Origin: Camelus dromedarius
Lineage: Eukaryota
NCBI RefSeq assembly: GCF_036321535.1
Contig: NC_087437.1
Coordinates: 2,790,001-2,854,000 of the forward strand
DNA length: 64,000 bases
Reading direction: 5' to 3'
Made by a program: the position numbers and the translations under genes. The notes beneath the pieces are model-generated. The model saw only the letters and a list, made by a program, of their open reading frames with translations, ran no database searches and was not told the DNA's origin. Below are positions 25,651 through 38,619 of the stretch, one piece after another; positions within the stretch are counted from its first letter, which is position 1, and each line of letters opens with the position of its first letter.

Positions 25651-27162
25651 TCACGGGTAGACCGTCGTCCTTGCTGGAGGCCTGGTTCCTGGAGCCCCCA
25701 CCTCTGGCCCCCTGGTGGTGGCGGCCAGGGCAGCCGGAGCACCAGGGCCCCACAGGAAGGGCCAGGGGTTGCCCTGGACCCGCAGCGCCTGCCTGTGGTG
25801 CTGGCTGTCTTCTCTGAGCTCCTTGAGCTTTCTGTCCGTCCCAACGGCTGCCATCCAGCTCTTCCGGGCTCTCTTCTCCATGAAGAGGCTCTTCCGATGG
25901 TAGGGGGGTGGGTTTCCTCCCAGTGCTGGCCCAGGGCCTCGGCCATCTGCTTGTAGACACTGCGGAGTAGCTGCATGGAGGTCACCTGTCTGCTCGCGGC
26001 GGCCAGCTTCCTCTCCACTTCTGAGCAGCACGTTTTGTCCTGGCACCATGTGTCCTGAAGCTGAGTCAGGTGATGCACGTGGACTGCGGGCAGCATCTGG
26101 AGGCTCTGGCGCAGCTGCTGAATCTCACTGTCGAGCTGGGCGCTCTCTTGCCGCAGACCTGCTTCCCCCTCCTGTAGACTGGCTGTTTGTCCTGCCAGCT
26201 GTGCACTCATCCACTTTTCTTCCCCCACTTCTCTGGCTCTTCCTTGAGGCTCCAGCTCAGGATCTGGATGGGACAGTCTGATGTCACCCCGGACAACCTG
26301 AGGTCCCCTTCTGGCCAAGGGACGGATGGGGGGCTGTGTGCCGTCCCTGCGCCCTGCTGGCCTCTGGCACTGCCGTCCGCCCTGCTGTGTCCCAGGATCC
26401 TGGGCCGGGGGGTGGCCCTCAGCAGGCGCTCAGTCAGGGACTTTAGCTTGGTGGCCTTGTCCTCCGTGGCCCGCTCTCTCCGCGCGTTCGCACCCACCAG
26501 CCTTTCTTTCCCCTCCTCCTCTTCGACTCGCTGCTTCCATGTGGTGATACCTTGGGCCAGCACCGCCTGCGTTTGTGGAGAAAGAGCGTTTTCCTTCAGG
26601 TCATTCCTCCGTCTCTGCTGAAGCTGCTTCCAAGTCCTCTTAGGTGCTTGGACGCTTGTTTTCTCACCAGTCACTTGGGAGATTTCAGGAGGTGGATTCT
26701 TCTGAGCCTTTTCCATAAAGTCTGCAATGCCCTGAAATGATGACTTCCTCAGGTTGTGTTCGTAGACGAGAAGCACGAAGTCTGTAAGAAGGGAGGGCTG
26801 GCCTCCCCCCCGCTGGGCAGCCTGCCAGCTCCATGGGCCTGGGTCATGGGTCCAGCACTCTCGGTTTGTTGTAGAGTCTTCGTCGTGGGAAGAGCACGCC
26901 TCGCCTGTTATCTCCCCACTTTGGGACATATACCTTCTCCGTAGTAGAAACACCAGCCCCAGCACAGACACCAGGGAAACACCAGAGTCAGGCTTTCCCA
27001 AACCAGTAGCAGAGCGCACCACAGCCACACCAGCATCAGTGGGGATGTGGGCCTGGGGGCAGGGAGCAGGCCCCCCATGGCTGCCAGGGCCCACAGCTCT
27101 GCCTCTGAGGCCAGGGTTCTCTGGGCCACAACTGACGGTTCAGAACTCTGGGGGTGGTCCAT
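25651..27162 (-). pseudogene. Intronless cTAGE5/MIA2-like retrocopy, highly diverged, frameshifted
   Basis: Three overlapping ORFs tile the cTAGE5 coiled coil in order: SQVTGEKT..LKENALSPQTQAVLAQGITTWKQRV..EDKATKLKSLTERLL (cf. SQVAEAK..LNENSQLQESQKQLLQEAEVWKEQV..NDKESHIKTLTERLL); LRQESAQLDSEIQQLRQSLQML..YKQMAEALGQHWEET; YHRKSLFMEKRARKSWMAAVGTDRKLKELREDSQHHRQAL (cf. [40 protein letters not shown]). N-terminal KPDS plus hydrophobic VSLVSVLGLVFLL. The start codon is uncertain. Confidence 0.85.
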
Positions 27163-27589
27163 CTCTATGTAAACAGGTTCCTGACGACTGGGGCGGACCA
27201 TCAGTTGGGCCGGGGGAGGGGAGGCAGGCCAGGTTCTAAGAAATTGTTCTCCCAAGTTGGCTCTCGAGTTACAGTGGTGTTACTTCCCCAGGCACTGGGG
27301 GAGGGGGGAAGGGCTCTTCCCAGCCTGGAGCTGGGCCACTCTGGCCCCTGCTGGCCCCACAGGAAACCCAGGGGTTCAGAACAGGGCCAGGCCAGGATCC
27401 TTTGCACAAGGGTAGGTCTGGGCCGAGTAAGGGAGTCCCGTCCCGTGGGGAGGCTCGTTCTGAGTGAAGGTTCCCTCCAGCGAGGAAGGCTGTGCTCCCA
27501 CCCAGTTCCAGAGATCTGACTACCCTGAGGCTCCATCTCTGCTGTGATGGGTGATGTGGGAGACAGTGATGGGGGAAGGGCGACCCAAA

Positions 27590-29630
27590 TGATAAGGAAA
27601 GCCCCAAAACTCACCAGCAGGTCCCTTGATCAGGTGGCAACTGGATGGCCAGGATGTCTTAGTACAGTAGCTGCCACTGCTGTGTTAGTAGATGTGGCCA
27701 ATAGCACCCTGGGACAGCCACTGGAAGTTCTAACCCCCAACCAGGTATAGGGAGTCTTAGAGACAGAAGGACACCACTGGCCGACAGGTGGGCGAGTACT
27801 TGGTTCCCCAGACAGCACTCTTACAGTTTGTCAGGTTTCACTTCTGGCCACTCTAATGCCAGATCCCGCATCCCAAGAATCCCTTATTGCCTCCTGTGTG
27901 GAGACCATGGAGCCAAGTGCACTCTAACCGCCCAGATCTCAGGGAGGAGCCCCTGTGCAGCCCGCTGCAGAGTGGGTTACTGATGGAAGTGGCTTCACAC
28001 AGAATGGGACAAGGAGAGCTGGTTACGCTCTAGTAAACCAGACACAGCTTTTGAGTCTGGAGCTGTGCCCTCCCAGACTTCTGCCCAAAAGGCATCGAGG
28101 CACTTATCCAGGGGAAGACTGGCCAATGGAGTTTACCCAGATGCCCCTTTGTAAGGGATGGAAATAACCTGTTGGGATCCATAGACACCTTGACAGGATG
28201 GGTAGAAGCTTTCCCCACCAGAACAGAAAAAGCAATACAAGTGTCAAAATTTATGCTCAAAGAAAAAATCTGAGGTTCGGGCTACCAAAATCTTACAGAG
28301 TCATAATGGACCCTCCTCCACTGCCAAGGTGACTCAACAGGTTTCCTCTGCTCTGGGTATTAACTGTGGCCTCCACTCTTCCTGGAGTCCCTAATCCTCA
28401 GGCAAGGTAGAAAAAGCCAATCATGTTCTAAAGAGAACATCTGCTAAGCTGTGCCAGGAAACCTCAGAAACCTGCGTCCCCCTCCTGCCTATAGCCCTTC
28501 TAAGAATAAGGACGGCCCCTAAGGGAATTTTAAAACTTAGCCGATTTGAAATGATGTATGGAAGGGCTATCTGAACTTCAGCTTTCCTGTTTGATGAGGA
28601 GGCCCATAGATTAGTCTCCCACATTGTTAGCTTGAGCCAAGTTCAAAGAGCCCTCCACGAACGTGGAAGCAAAGCATTGCCCTGTCCTGCCGAGGAAAAG
28701 GTTGAAGTCCCCCTCTAGTCAGGGGACTTTGTCTTACTAAACCCTTGGAAGGAGGGGTCCCTGAAGACCAGCTGCAGCCACAATGGAAGGGAACGTATCA
28801 GCTCTTGTTAAGCTACGAGGAATTGCTAGTTGGGGCCATCTGTCCAGAATAAAGCCTGTAACTTACAGGCCCCAAGAGGAACCAGGAGAGAGCTAGTCCT
28901 GCTCGACAACACAAGACCTCAGGTACTTGTGTAAAAAAGACAAATAGCATCCTGTAGTGGTGATTACAACAGCTCACATTGCTTAAATGTATCCAATCAA
29001 AGCTCCTAAAATAAGAAGTACTTAGTATGCAGTGGAAAAGATGTATATTCTCAGTAAAACAGTTTTGTTAAGAAGAAATACTAAAAAAGAGTTTCATGCA
29101 TAATCAGGATTTTAAGTATTTAACAAATTCTAAAAGTTCTTTGTAGCTCCTGCTAACTCTGAGAAGTTTTCAAGGAAACCTGAGGCATCGTAGATATTAA
29201 ATTAACTAGGAGTATTTGGTATGTTGAGTTAAATTTGGTCAGTCATAGTGCTACTAACTGTAAACACGTCTCTCTTTGTCAGTTACAGATGTTTAACCAT
29301 CCCTTATAAGTCTTTGTCATTATAGACTGTTAAGCTGCTGTTACAAGGTGCTCCATCTTTAAGAAGATACATCAGAAGTCACTGGAAACAGTGGGTTCCA
29401 GAAGCCCCGCATCAGATGATGGCTATGGCAGGATTCCACCCATGACTGCCCTCAGAGGCAAAAAGGAAAGGCTGCCCTGCCCCTGGGCCCCTAGATTAGG
29501 CATTCAGAGATTTTTACTCCCTGATAGGCAGGGTCAACGCCCCTACTCAGCCTGGAAGTAGTTTCGGAAGACAGACCTTCGCCCCTCTGCAACCCCATAA
29601 GATTATGGGAGTAAAATCTCTGAGGGGGAA
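27590..29630 (+). mobile_element. pol: ERV1 (gamma-like) internal remnant: pol connection/RNase H/integrase, 3' region and PPT
   Basis: LDQVATGWPGCLSTVAATAVLV (connection), WVTDGSGFTQNGTRRAGYA (RNase H), YPGEDWPMEFTQMP and DTLTGWVEAFPTRTEKA (integrase); many stops and deletions; purine tract GAGGGGGAAA directly before the LTR. Confidence 0.9.
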
Positions 29631-30105
29631 ATGAGACAGGAGGGAAGGGGGCAGGGCACAGCCATTGAGGAATGACAGCAGTTAACACTAGGACAGTGGA
29701 AGATTCAACCCCCAGTAGGCCTTGAGGCTCAAGACGATGGGAGATTTGACTTCTAGTAGACCCTGAGCTTCATTATACGCCCTTTGTAATACATTATGGT
29801 GAGTAACATGCCCACAGGTGTCACGACAGCTCCAAGGCTGACCATAGGAGGTCCACAGTGGGCAGTGGCCCACTTCCTGGGAACCCCAGCCCCTTCCTCA
29901 GGCTAGTTAGACTGGTCCTCCCACCACAAGACCATAAAAAGTGGCAGCACCTCACTTTGTGGCTACCCTTTTTGTTCCCTCCTCTTCGGAAACGGCCTGC
30001 AGTCTGCCTGTGGAGTGTGTGCCTACTTTTACTCTAACCTGAGCACCCAACTCCGACACCTCTTGGCCTTTCTCTTGTGTAGCCCTCCGACTGTGAGAAC
30101 AAAGG
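29631..30105 (+). mobile_element. MER41-like 3' LTR
   Basis: Starts TGAGACAGGAGGGAAGGGGGCAGGGCACA right after the PPT; homologous to the reverse complement of 40246-40904; TCATTATACGC..TGTAATACATTA..CCCAC..GACAG blocks as in MER41. The right end is approximate. Confidence 0.75.
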
Positions 30106-30650
30106 AAGGAGCCTTGGGCTGGAATGGTAAACAAGTTCTAAAAAGCTGCAGACTCAGAGGTGAGAAGGCTGGTTAGCCAATGACGGGTAAGATCCCCAAA
30201 GGGGGAACCTAAGACGGGCACAGCCACCTGAGTCCGAGAAGAACGTTGTGAAGCAGCTGTTTCTCATACATTCCGCCCTGATAAGCTGTAAGGCTCTCTG
30301 GTGCCAACACGAACATGATTTACCAAAAGAGAAAGGGTCTTCTGACCTTGAGCCAGACGCTGCCTGTTAAGCATTCCCCTTATCATTCTTCTTTGCTATG
30401 TAAGACTGTGTAACTTAGTGAGGATTTAGAGTAGCCGTCAGCTCTCTCCGCGTACGGTGTGTATGTGAACGTGATACTGCGACACCAACGTCTTGCCTTC
30501 TGAAACAGCCTAAGCTCTCTGCACTATGTTATCTCTCTAAATGAATCTACCTTTACTCAACTGTGGCTCACTCTTGAATTCTTTACTGTAGGAAGCCAAG
30601 GACCAACACTTGGCAGGGCACGTCCCAGGGGCTCAACCGAGACCTGGGAC
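30106..30650 (+). mobile_element. Second LTR-like element
   Basis: U5-like GGCTCACTCTTGAATTCTTTACTGTAGGAAGCCAAGGACC segment. Confidence 0.5.
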
Positions 30651-31955
30651 GCTGCCTTACGCTGCACGTCCATTTTTCCTACATCAGTGTGGCGGGGGCA
30701 GGGGGGCTGGTAACATTGTCCCCACCAGGTCCGTGCTGTGGGTCTCTTCCCACAGGACACAGGTCTGGGGAACCCCAGGCTGGGGTCTCCCTTAGCCTCC
30801 ATGTGCATACAGCAGGCACTCAGTGCACTTCACTGAGCTGCCCCAGGCTGAGTCCTGGTGGCCAGACCCCCAGTTCATGTGTCAGAGGCCATGGAATTGG
30901 TCTCAAGTGACCACAGGCCAGATGCTGTGTGCCAGGCCACAGTCCCACTTACACCTCAAGTGACCTGCTGTGAGGAGGGTCCTGGGTGCATCATGACACC
31001 CATTTTACAGATGAGGACTTTGAGGCACAGAGAGGTCAAGGTTTGCCCAAAGGCACACAGTGAAAAGGAGGTAAGAGCCTGATGGTCTGGCCCTGCACAC
31101 AGGGCCTTAACCACAGTACTCTGCTCTGCCTCTGGTTCAGACTTCCTGGAAGGCTGATGAAGTGATGTCTTGGGGCTGAAGATGCCCCCAGGGGGAGCTG
31201 GAGGAGGGCTGGGCACTCCTGCAGAGGCCCATGGACTTACAGTCTGAGGGATGGGTAACCCTCCAGAAGGGGGTTTGCAGCCGCCCTCTGGCCCCCAACT
31301 GCCAGCCCCCAGGATCTGGGACCCCAGCACCCTGTTCAGCTTCTTGACCTACACGTCACCAGCAAACGATATATAACCCGAGTGATAGGGCAAACCACCC
31401 CGAGTTTGATCAGTAAGTGTATTTCCTTTCACTTTCTTCATTAAGGTCCTTCTTTTAATCACTCTTACATAATTTTTAAAGCTTTTATTAGGAAAATGAA
31501 CCCCATGTGTGTCCTCCTGTGGAGGGTTCTCAGTCAAATCGGAGACGTCCTGTCACTGCAGCCGCAACGGCCTGTGTCCCGGGACCACGTAAGTGTGCTC
31601 CTTTTAAAACCCATGGTGAAATCGATGCCTGGGTGTTCAGTCTGCCTAAGTTCCCCTGACTGTTTCATTAAGAGTTTTCTGTGCTTGTTTCTGTGGACCT
31701 GGATCCATGCAGTGGCCCTCCTTGGACTTGGCCGATGCTGCCTCTTTAACCCCATACCTCTCCATTCCTTGTGGGAGCTCAACTCTGGGTTTGGTCACTG
31801 TTCCCCCCCAAACCCCGGCTTGTCCCACAACTTCCCCTGTCCCTGCACTTCCTGAAACCAGGGGGGTAGGGGGGTTGATCTAGGGTCCTGATCAGACTCG
31901 GAGCAACAGGTGGGGGGGGCGGCTGCATCTGGGGGCAATGGTGTGTTTGCCATTG

Positions 31956-32425
31956 TGAAGGAAAAATATCGCAAACCACATCAGCAAACAAAGAATGCTG
32001 AAGCCATGAAGTCATCAGTGGCTGCTGCCACCCCACAGCGAGGGCAAGCCTGCAGCCCAACCTCTGCAGCCACTCACAGTGGTGCCCTCTGAGGGAACTC
32101 AGAACAAGAAAGGACACTGGCCCTAAATAGCTAGGTGCTTGTTAAAGGAATGAAGCCAATGAGCCCAAATGTCTGCTTCCTCCCATACATAGAAAAGTGC
32201 TAAATTCTTTAACATGAGAAGCCTTGTTTTCTTCCGATAATAAGTAATCTTTTAATGTTCCGACTACCTGCTCTTTGTTGTAAAACTCCTGTATATCCTA
32301 GCTCCTCCCCTACCTCTTAGGAGCAGTCCCTCAGAGCGATCTGAGAGGCTGTCATTCCTGCTCGAGTCTTCCCACCAAATAAAACAACTCTCTACTTTTA
32401 GGCAGTGCATTTATTTCAATCGACA
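31956..32425 (+). mobile_element. ERV1 solo LTR
   Basis: TGAAGGAAAAAT...TATAT, AATAAA at ~32378, ends TTTATTTCAATCGACA; flanks ATTG/GTTG are compatible with a 4-bp TSD. Confidence 0.7.
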
Positions 32426-33369
32426 GTTGCAATAACATATGATTGTAACCCTGAGAAATGCAGTTTTAAAGGAATTTGCAACAATAGAAGGAACTGTCAT
32501 TGCCATGTAGGCTGGGATCCTCCGTATTGTGTAAACAAAGGTGCTGGTGGAGCAGAGATAAAGGACTCCCGCGAAGAATGATGTGGTCAGTAAAACAAAG
32601 CCAAGAATCAGTGGTGTATTTGACAGTGATCTTCGGTCACATGTATGCCTTCATAGCTGCATTCCTGTTTGGCATAGCCAGAAGTATAAAGTTATCAAGA
32701 CCTCCACAGTGCAGGAAGTGACAGAAGGTACAAAATAAATGATAAACCAGCCTCCCAAGCCCTGTACGGCCATAGGCAATACAGAAGTAAACCCTGTGAT
32801 TAAGTCAGTTAAGATGGCAAAGCTGAATTTCACGTTCTAGGACCCTTGAAGAGACACTGGAGGACTTGCACATATCGGGGGTGGTCAAGAGGCATGGACG
32901 TCTCCACCTCAGGTCTCTGATAGGTCGCTGATCAGCTCACTGAAAAAATCTTCAAAAATCATTTGTTTGTGTCCTCTAATATTTTGTAAACTCTCAGTGA
33001 GCAAACCAAGCCTGGGACTTCGGCCAGCGGAGGAGATGTGGGACAGCAGCTGGGTCTGGACCTGTGTTTGCTGGTCCCAGTGTTAACAATAGTTGCCACG
33101 GGCTTCCTTAGGGACAGATTGAGGACATTCTCTAAGTGAGTGCTCTTGCACACTGGGATTGTCCTCTCCCTCTAGGTAACCTGAAATGGGTTCAGGGTAA
33201 CAGAGGGCTGCTCCCAGCCAGCATCGTCTGTCCCCTTCTGGAGTGGCTGTGGGTGATTGTGATGTGGGTTCAGCTCCCACCTAGTGTAAACTATGACACT
33301 CTGGAGAGACCAGGAGGTTGAATGTTGCATTCACTGGAATTCCACCAGAAAATTAGATAGATGTGCCTA

Positions 33370-36300
33370 TCAGGGACTCTGGCATCCAGGGGGGAGCCAT
33401 TCCATGAGCACAAAAGATCTCATTTGTTTGTGTCTTCAGTTTCTTTCATGGATGTTTAATAACATTGCAGTGTTCAGATCTTTCACATAGTTGGTTAAAT
33501 TTATTCTTGGGTATTTTATACTTTTTAATGAAATTGTAAAAGTATGGTTTTCTTTATTTTTAGTTCTGAAGGTTTGTTGTTATCATATAGAAACTAAGTT
33601 GACTTTGTATATTAATTTTGTATTCCACAACTTTCCTGAAATGGTTTATTCATTTTCACAACTTATTGATCGGGCCTTCAGGGTTTTCTATAAATAATAT
33701 CATGTCTTCTGAAAATAAAGACAGTTTTCTTTCTCTCTTTCTAATTTGTATATATTTTGTTTACCTTGTCTAATTACTCTGGCTAAAATTTCCAGTGCCG
33801 TGTGGAGCGTAAGTGGTGAGAGTGGGCTTTTTTGTCCTGTTTCTGATTTTAGAAGAAAACACTTTTAGCTTTTAGCTGTGGAGTATAAAGTTACCTTTGA
33901 GTTGATCAAATGTGCCTTGGTTATGTTGAGAGATATTTCCTTTTTACCCATTTTTTAAGAGTGTTTACCATAAATGGATTTTTTTTTCTTTCTACATCTA
34001 TTGAGATGATCATATGGAATCACCATCACTGGAAGAAATCCCATTTGATGGTGTTTGGTCTGTGTAACAGTTTGGTGAATTTAGTTTGCTGAGAATTCAT
34101 GCATCCATATTCACCAGTGTATTGGCTTGTACTTTTTTTTTTTTTTCTCTAGTAGTGTCCTTTGTGGTTTTGGAATCAGGATAATGCTGGCCTTATAAAA
34201 TTGGTAAAACAAAAACCAAAGAACAAAAAAAAAATTCCATCTTCTAGTATTGGAAGAGTTCATAAAAGACTGGTATTCACTCTTTTTAAACTGTTGGGTA
34301 GAATCCATTAGTAAGGCCATCTGGTCCTAAAATTTTCTTTTGTTTTAATGTTTTTGATCACCAATTCAATCTTCTCACTCATTTTGGTGTCTTTTGGATT
34401 TTCTGGGGTTTTTTTTTTTTTATTGATTCAACCTTGGTTGATCTAAGAGTCAAAGGACTCACCAGTTTTTTCCTGGGTTATCCACTCTGTTGGTGAAAAT
34501 TGTTCATAGTGGGCTCTCGTGATCTTCTGTATATTTGTAGTACAAGCTATAGCATCTCTTCTTTTGTGTCTAATTTTATTTATTTTGAGTCCTCTCTTGG
34601 TGAGTCTACCTGAAGGTTTGTCTATTTCCGTTCTGATCTTTTCTGTTGTCTTTTTAGTTTCTATTTCATTTCTGTCCTCTCAACTCTTTGTTACTTCCTA
34701 TCTCCTATTACCTTTGGGCTTAGTTTTCTTTTCTCTTTCTAGGCCTTGATGTGTAAAATTACTTTGGGTTTTTTGTTGTTGTTGTTGTTGTTTTAGGTTT
34801 CTTCCTTATTTCATTCTGTGTTTGCAGGAGGCCGCAAGGCAGGTGAAAGCATGCGCCGGTGTACTGGCTGGCTGTGGCTGCTATAGCAAATTACCACAAA
34901 GCTGAGGCCGTGCAAATTTATTCCGAAAGTCAGAAGTCCAAAATGGGTCTCACTGAGCTAAAATCAAGGTATTGGCAGGGCTGCCTTCCTCCTGGATGTT
35001 CCAGGGAAATACTAATTCTTTGTAAAATTTCTTTGTTTATTGGAGATCTTTTCTGTTTCTTGAAGTAGGTATTTATTGTTACGAAGTTTCCTCTAGGAAC
35101 TGCTTTTGCTGAGTCCCATATTTTGGAGTTCTGAATTTCCATTTTTATTTGTCTCTAGATTTTTTTGATCTCTCTTTTCTGTCTTCTTTGACCCACTGAC
35201 CGTTTAGTAGCATGTGTTTTAATCTCAAATATTTGTAACTTTTCTAGTTTTATTTTTGTAATTGTTTTCTAGTTTTGTATCTGTGATCAGAAAGAAAATG
35301 CTTAATGTGATTTCAGTCTTCTTATATTTATTGAGACTTGTTTTGTAACCTAACATACAATTAATTCACCTTGGAGAATGTTCCACATGTGCTTGAGAAG
35401 AACGTGCATCCTCCTGTTCTCAGGTGGAATGCTCTGTGAGGGTCTGGTGAGTCCGTATGGTCTCACGTGTGGTTCAAGAGCATTGTTTCTTCATTGCCTT
35501 TTTTAATCTGGATAATCTATTCTTGAAGGTGAGATTTTAAAGTTGCCTACTGTTACTGCATTTATGCCTATGTCTCATTACAGGTCTGTTAATATTTGCT
35601 TAATATTCATGTGCCCCTATGTTGGGTACATAAGTATTTACAAATGTTATATCCTGTTCTTGGGGTGACCCTTTTTCGTTATAGGCTGACCTTCTTTGTC
35701 TTTCATTACAGTTTTAGGCTCAAAGCATTCTTTTGTCTGATATCAATATAACTTTCCCTGCTTTCTTTTGTTTTCCATTTGCATGAAATATCTTTTTCCA
35801 TCACTTGACTTTTAATTTGTGTGCACCTAAGAACTGAAGTGAAACTTGTATTGGCAGGATATAGCCAGGTCTTCTATTTATTTGGCTATTCAGTATCTTT
35901 TCTTTTCAGAGCTTCTTTTTCTAACTGAAGTATAGTTGATTTTCAATGTTGTGTTAGTTTGAAGTGTACAGCAAAGTTATTCAGATTATATATATTATAT
36001 ATAATATAATGTATATTATATTATATTCTAATATATATATATCTTAAGAATCTCTTCCATTATGAGATATGGGTTATTGTAAGATATTGAATATAATTTA
36101 CTGTGCTATACAGTAGGTCCTTGGTTGTTTTTTTGTTTTTAATCTATTTTATGTATAGTAGTGTGTATTTGTTAATCCCAAACACCTAATTTATCCCTTC
36201 CCCCCTCCCCTTTCCACTTTGGTAGCCCTAGGTTGTTTTCTGTGTCTGTGTACCACTCAGTATCTTTTGATGAGAATTTAGCCCATGCAAGTTTAAGGTA

Positions 36301-37570
36301 ACCATGGATAACTGCAAACTCGTGTTGCTCTCTTGTTCATTGTTTCCCGGCTCTTCCGCACTGCATTTGTTGCTAACTTCTTTTCCTCTCCTTTGGGGAT
36401 TTGAAGATTTTTCTGTAGTGGTATGTTTGATTCTTTTGTCTTTATCTTCTGCGTATTGATTATAAGTTTTTTGCTTTTTGGTTGCTGTCTGGCTGGTGTG
36501 AAATACCTTACACTTATGTCAGTCTATTTTAAGATGATAACTTCTTAGATTTGAATGCATACTAGAGCTCTTCATTCTCACTGTCTCTCTCATATTTTAT
36601 GTTTCTGATATCACAGTTGTCACCTTTTTATCCTTGCTACTTTATGCACTTATAGTTAATCTTACCACTTCTGTCTACAGCCCCCATGCTAGATTTATAA
36701 GTGATTTACCCATCACTAGTACAACATTAGCGTATTCCGAACTTAGCCATACATTTTCCTTTGCCATTGAGATGTATACTTTCACACGTTTTCCTGATAC
36801 TAATTAGCAATGTTTTGGCATGAACATTTTTCTCTAAGAATTTTTGTAAGGTTGCTCTAGTGTTGACGACCTCTTTTCAGCCTTTGCTTGTCTCCAAAAC
36901 TCTTCCCTTGCCTGCAGATCTGAAGGACTACTTTGCTGGGTAGAGCATTCTTGGTTGGGAGGGCTTTCTTTTTCTTTTCTTCAAACCCTCAAAGTTTCTG
37001 CTAAATACTCTGCTGATTGTCTTATGGGGTTTCCTTGTACATAACAAGTCACTTTTCTCTTCTTGCTTTTACAGTTTTCCCCTTGCTTTAACTTTTGATA
37101 ATTTAATTTTAATTTGCTTTGGTGTGGGTCTCTTTAGATTCATCTTATTTCAAACTACCTGGGCTTCCTGGATCTGGTATTTCTTTTTTCCTTCATGTTA
37201 GAAATGTTTTCAACCATTAAAAACAAACAAACAAACAAACAACTCTTTCTGCCCTCTTCTCCCTCTTTTCTTCTTCTAGAACCTGTATAATCTACACCTT
37301 GTTCCACTTGATAATGTCTCGTATGTCCCTCTAGCAATGTTTACTATTTCATTTATTTTTGCACCACTGATTGAATGTAGTTCACTGCCCTGCCTTTAAA
37401 TTCACTGATTTTTCCTTATGCTTTGTCTAATATGCTATTAAACCTCTCTACTGAATTTTTCAGTGTAGTTATTTTATGCTATAGCTCTGTAGTTTCTGTT
37501 TGGTACTTCCTTAAATATTCTATCTTTTTTGAAATTCTCACTTTGTTCATGCATTTATCCCAAAGTGGTG
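33370..37570 (-). mobile_element. Old L1 (ORF2 to ORF1), decayed, with nested insertions
   Basis: T-rich antisense L1; minus translations FYKASIILIPKP and IWDSAKAVPRGNFVTINTYFKK are L1 ORF2; nested MLT piece ~34860-35010 and younger L1 3' end ~35915-36250. Confidence 0.85.
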
Positions 37571-38064
37571 GATATCAGTCATCATGAAAAAAACCAGACT
37601 TCTTGGCAGATGTATTTCTCTTCCTGGTATGGAGGCATCTTTGCAACATGATTTTCTTTTATACTTGTAATTTCTTTGCAAAGGGGGAAGATTATGCTTT
37701 ATTTTTAGTCACAGTGAGTTCCCTGTGTCACTTATGGTGGGAATGCAAAGTGACTAAACCACCTGAAGACGTCTTAGCACTTTTCTGCGGAGATAAACCT
37801 GGACTTTCCATCTGATGGGGTAGTTGTGCTCTAATGTAGCTCCTCAAATCACTTACAGACTTAAGTCCACACAAAAACTTCATGGGGATGCTTGTATCTA
37901 CATTAATTCCTTTAGCTTCTCCTCACTCCCTAAGTTTTGCTTACAGGGCATTTCTTGTATGGAACATCACAGGGAACACATGTTTCCAACCCCATTTTCA
38001 AAGGAAGCCTTTAACCCCGTCATCCCTGTGTCCCCTCCCCCTGCACAGTCTCCTTGTCCCTCAG

Positions 38065-38103
38065 GGTTCCTGACACACTCAAGATGTGGTTTGTCTCACT
38101 GTG
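38065..38103 (-). other. V(D)J recombination signal sequence, 23-bp spacer
   Basis: On -: heptamer CACAGTG (38103-38097), exactly 23-nt spacer, nonamer TCAGGAACC (IGHV1-type consensus TCAGAAACC). Confidence 0.92.
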
Positions 38104-38540
38104 TCTCTCACACAGGAGTACATAGCCATGTCCTTGGATATCAGAGGGCTCACCTTCATGTCGATTGTGCTGGTGGACGTGTCCTTGGTCAAGGTGACCC
38201 TGCCCTGGAACTTCTCTGCATAGCTTGTGGCACCGTCTTTGAAGTCAGTTCATCCCATTGACTCAAGCTCTTCTCCAGGGGCCTGCTCCACCCAGTGCAC
38301 GTTGTAGCTGGCGAAAGTGTATCAGGAAGCCTTGTAGGAGACCTTTGCTGAAGCCCCAGGCTTCCTCAGCTCAGCCCCAGACTGCAGCAGCTGGACCTGC
38401 AGGTGGACGCCTGTGCACAAGAGGCAGAGCTGGATGAGCACTAGTTGACGGGTCCTGGATCCCTCCTCATCCCAGAGACTAAGGAGCCCCTGACTTGTAA
38501 CCACTGCCACCAGGGGGAGGATTCTTCAGCTGCAATCCAT
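38104..38540 (-). pseudogene. IGHV1: Immunoglobulin heavy variable pseudogene, IGHV1 family (clan I), orphon
   Basis: Leader exon 38540-38495 [18 protein letters not shown] intron, V exon 38410-38104 [96 protein letters not shown]; three stops, first Cys changed to Tyr. Confidence 0.96.
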
Positions 38541-38619
38541 GGTGAGGGCTGTGCTCTCAGGGCGTCTGTGAAGGAGGGCGTGTGACTGTTGCATGATACT
38601 CCCACAGCTCAGGTTATCC

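Noticed and set aside
32500..32870. Hydrophobic short ORFs suggesting a receptor pseudogene
   Set aside because: No recognisable GPCR or other family motif.
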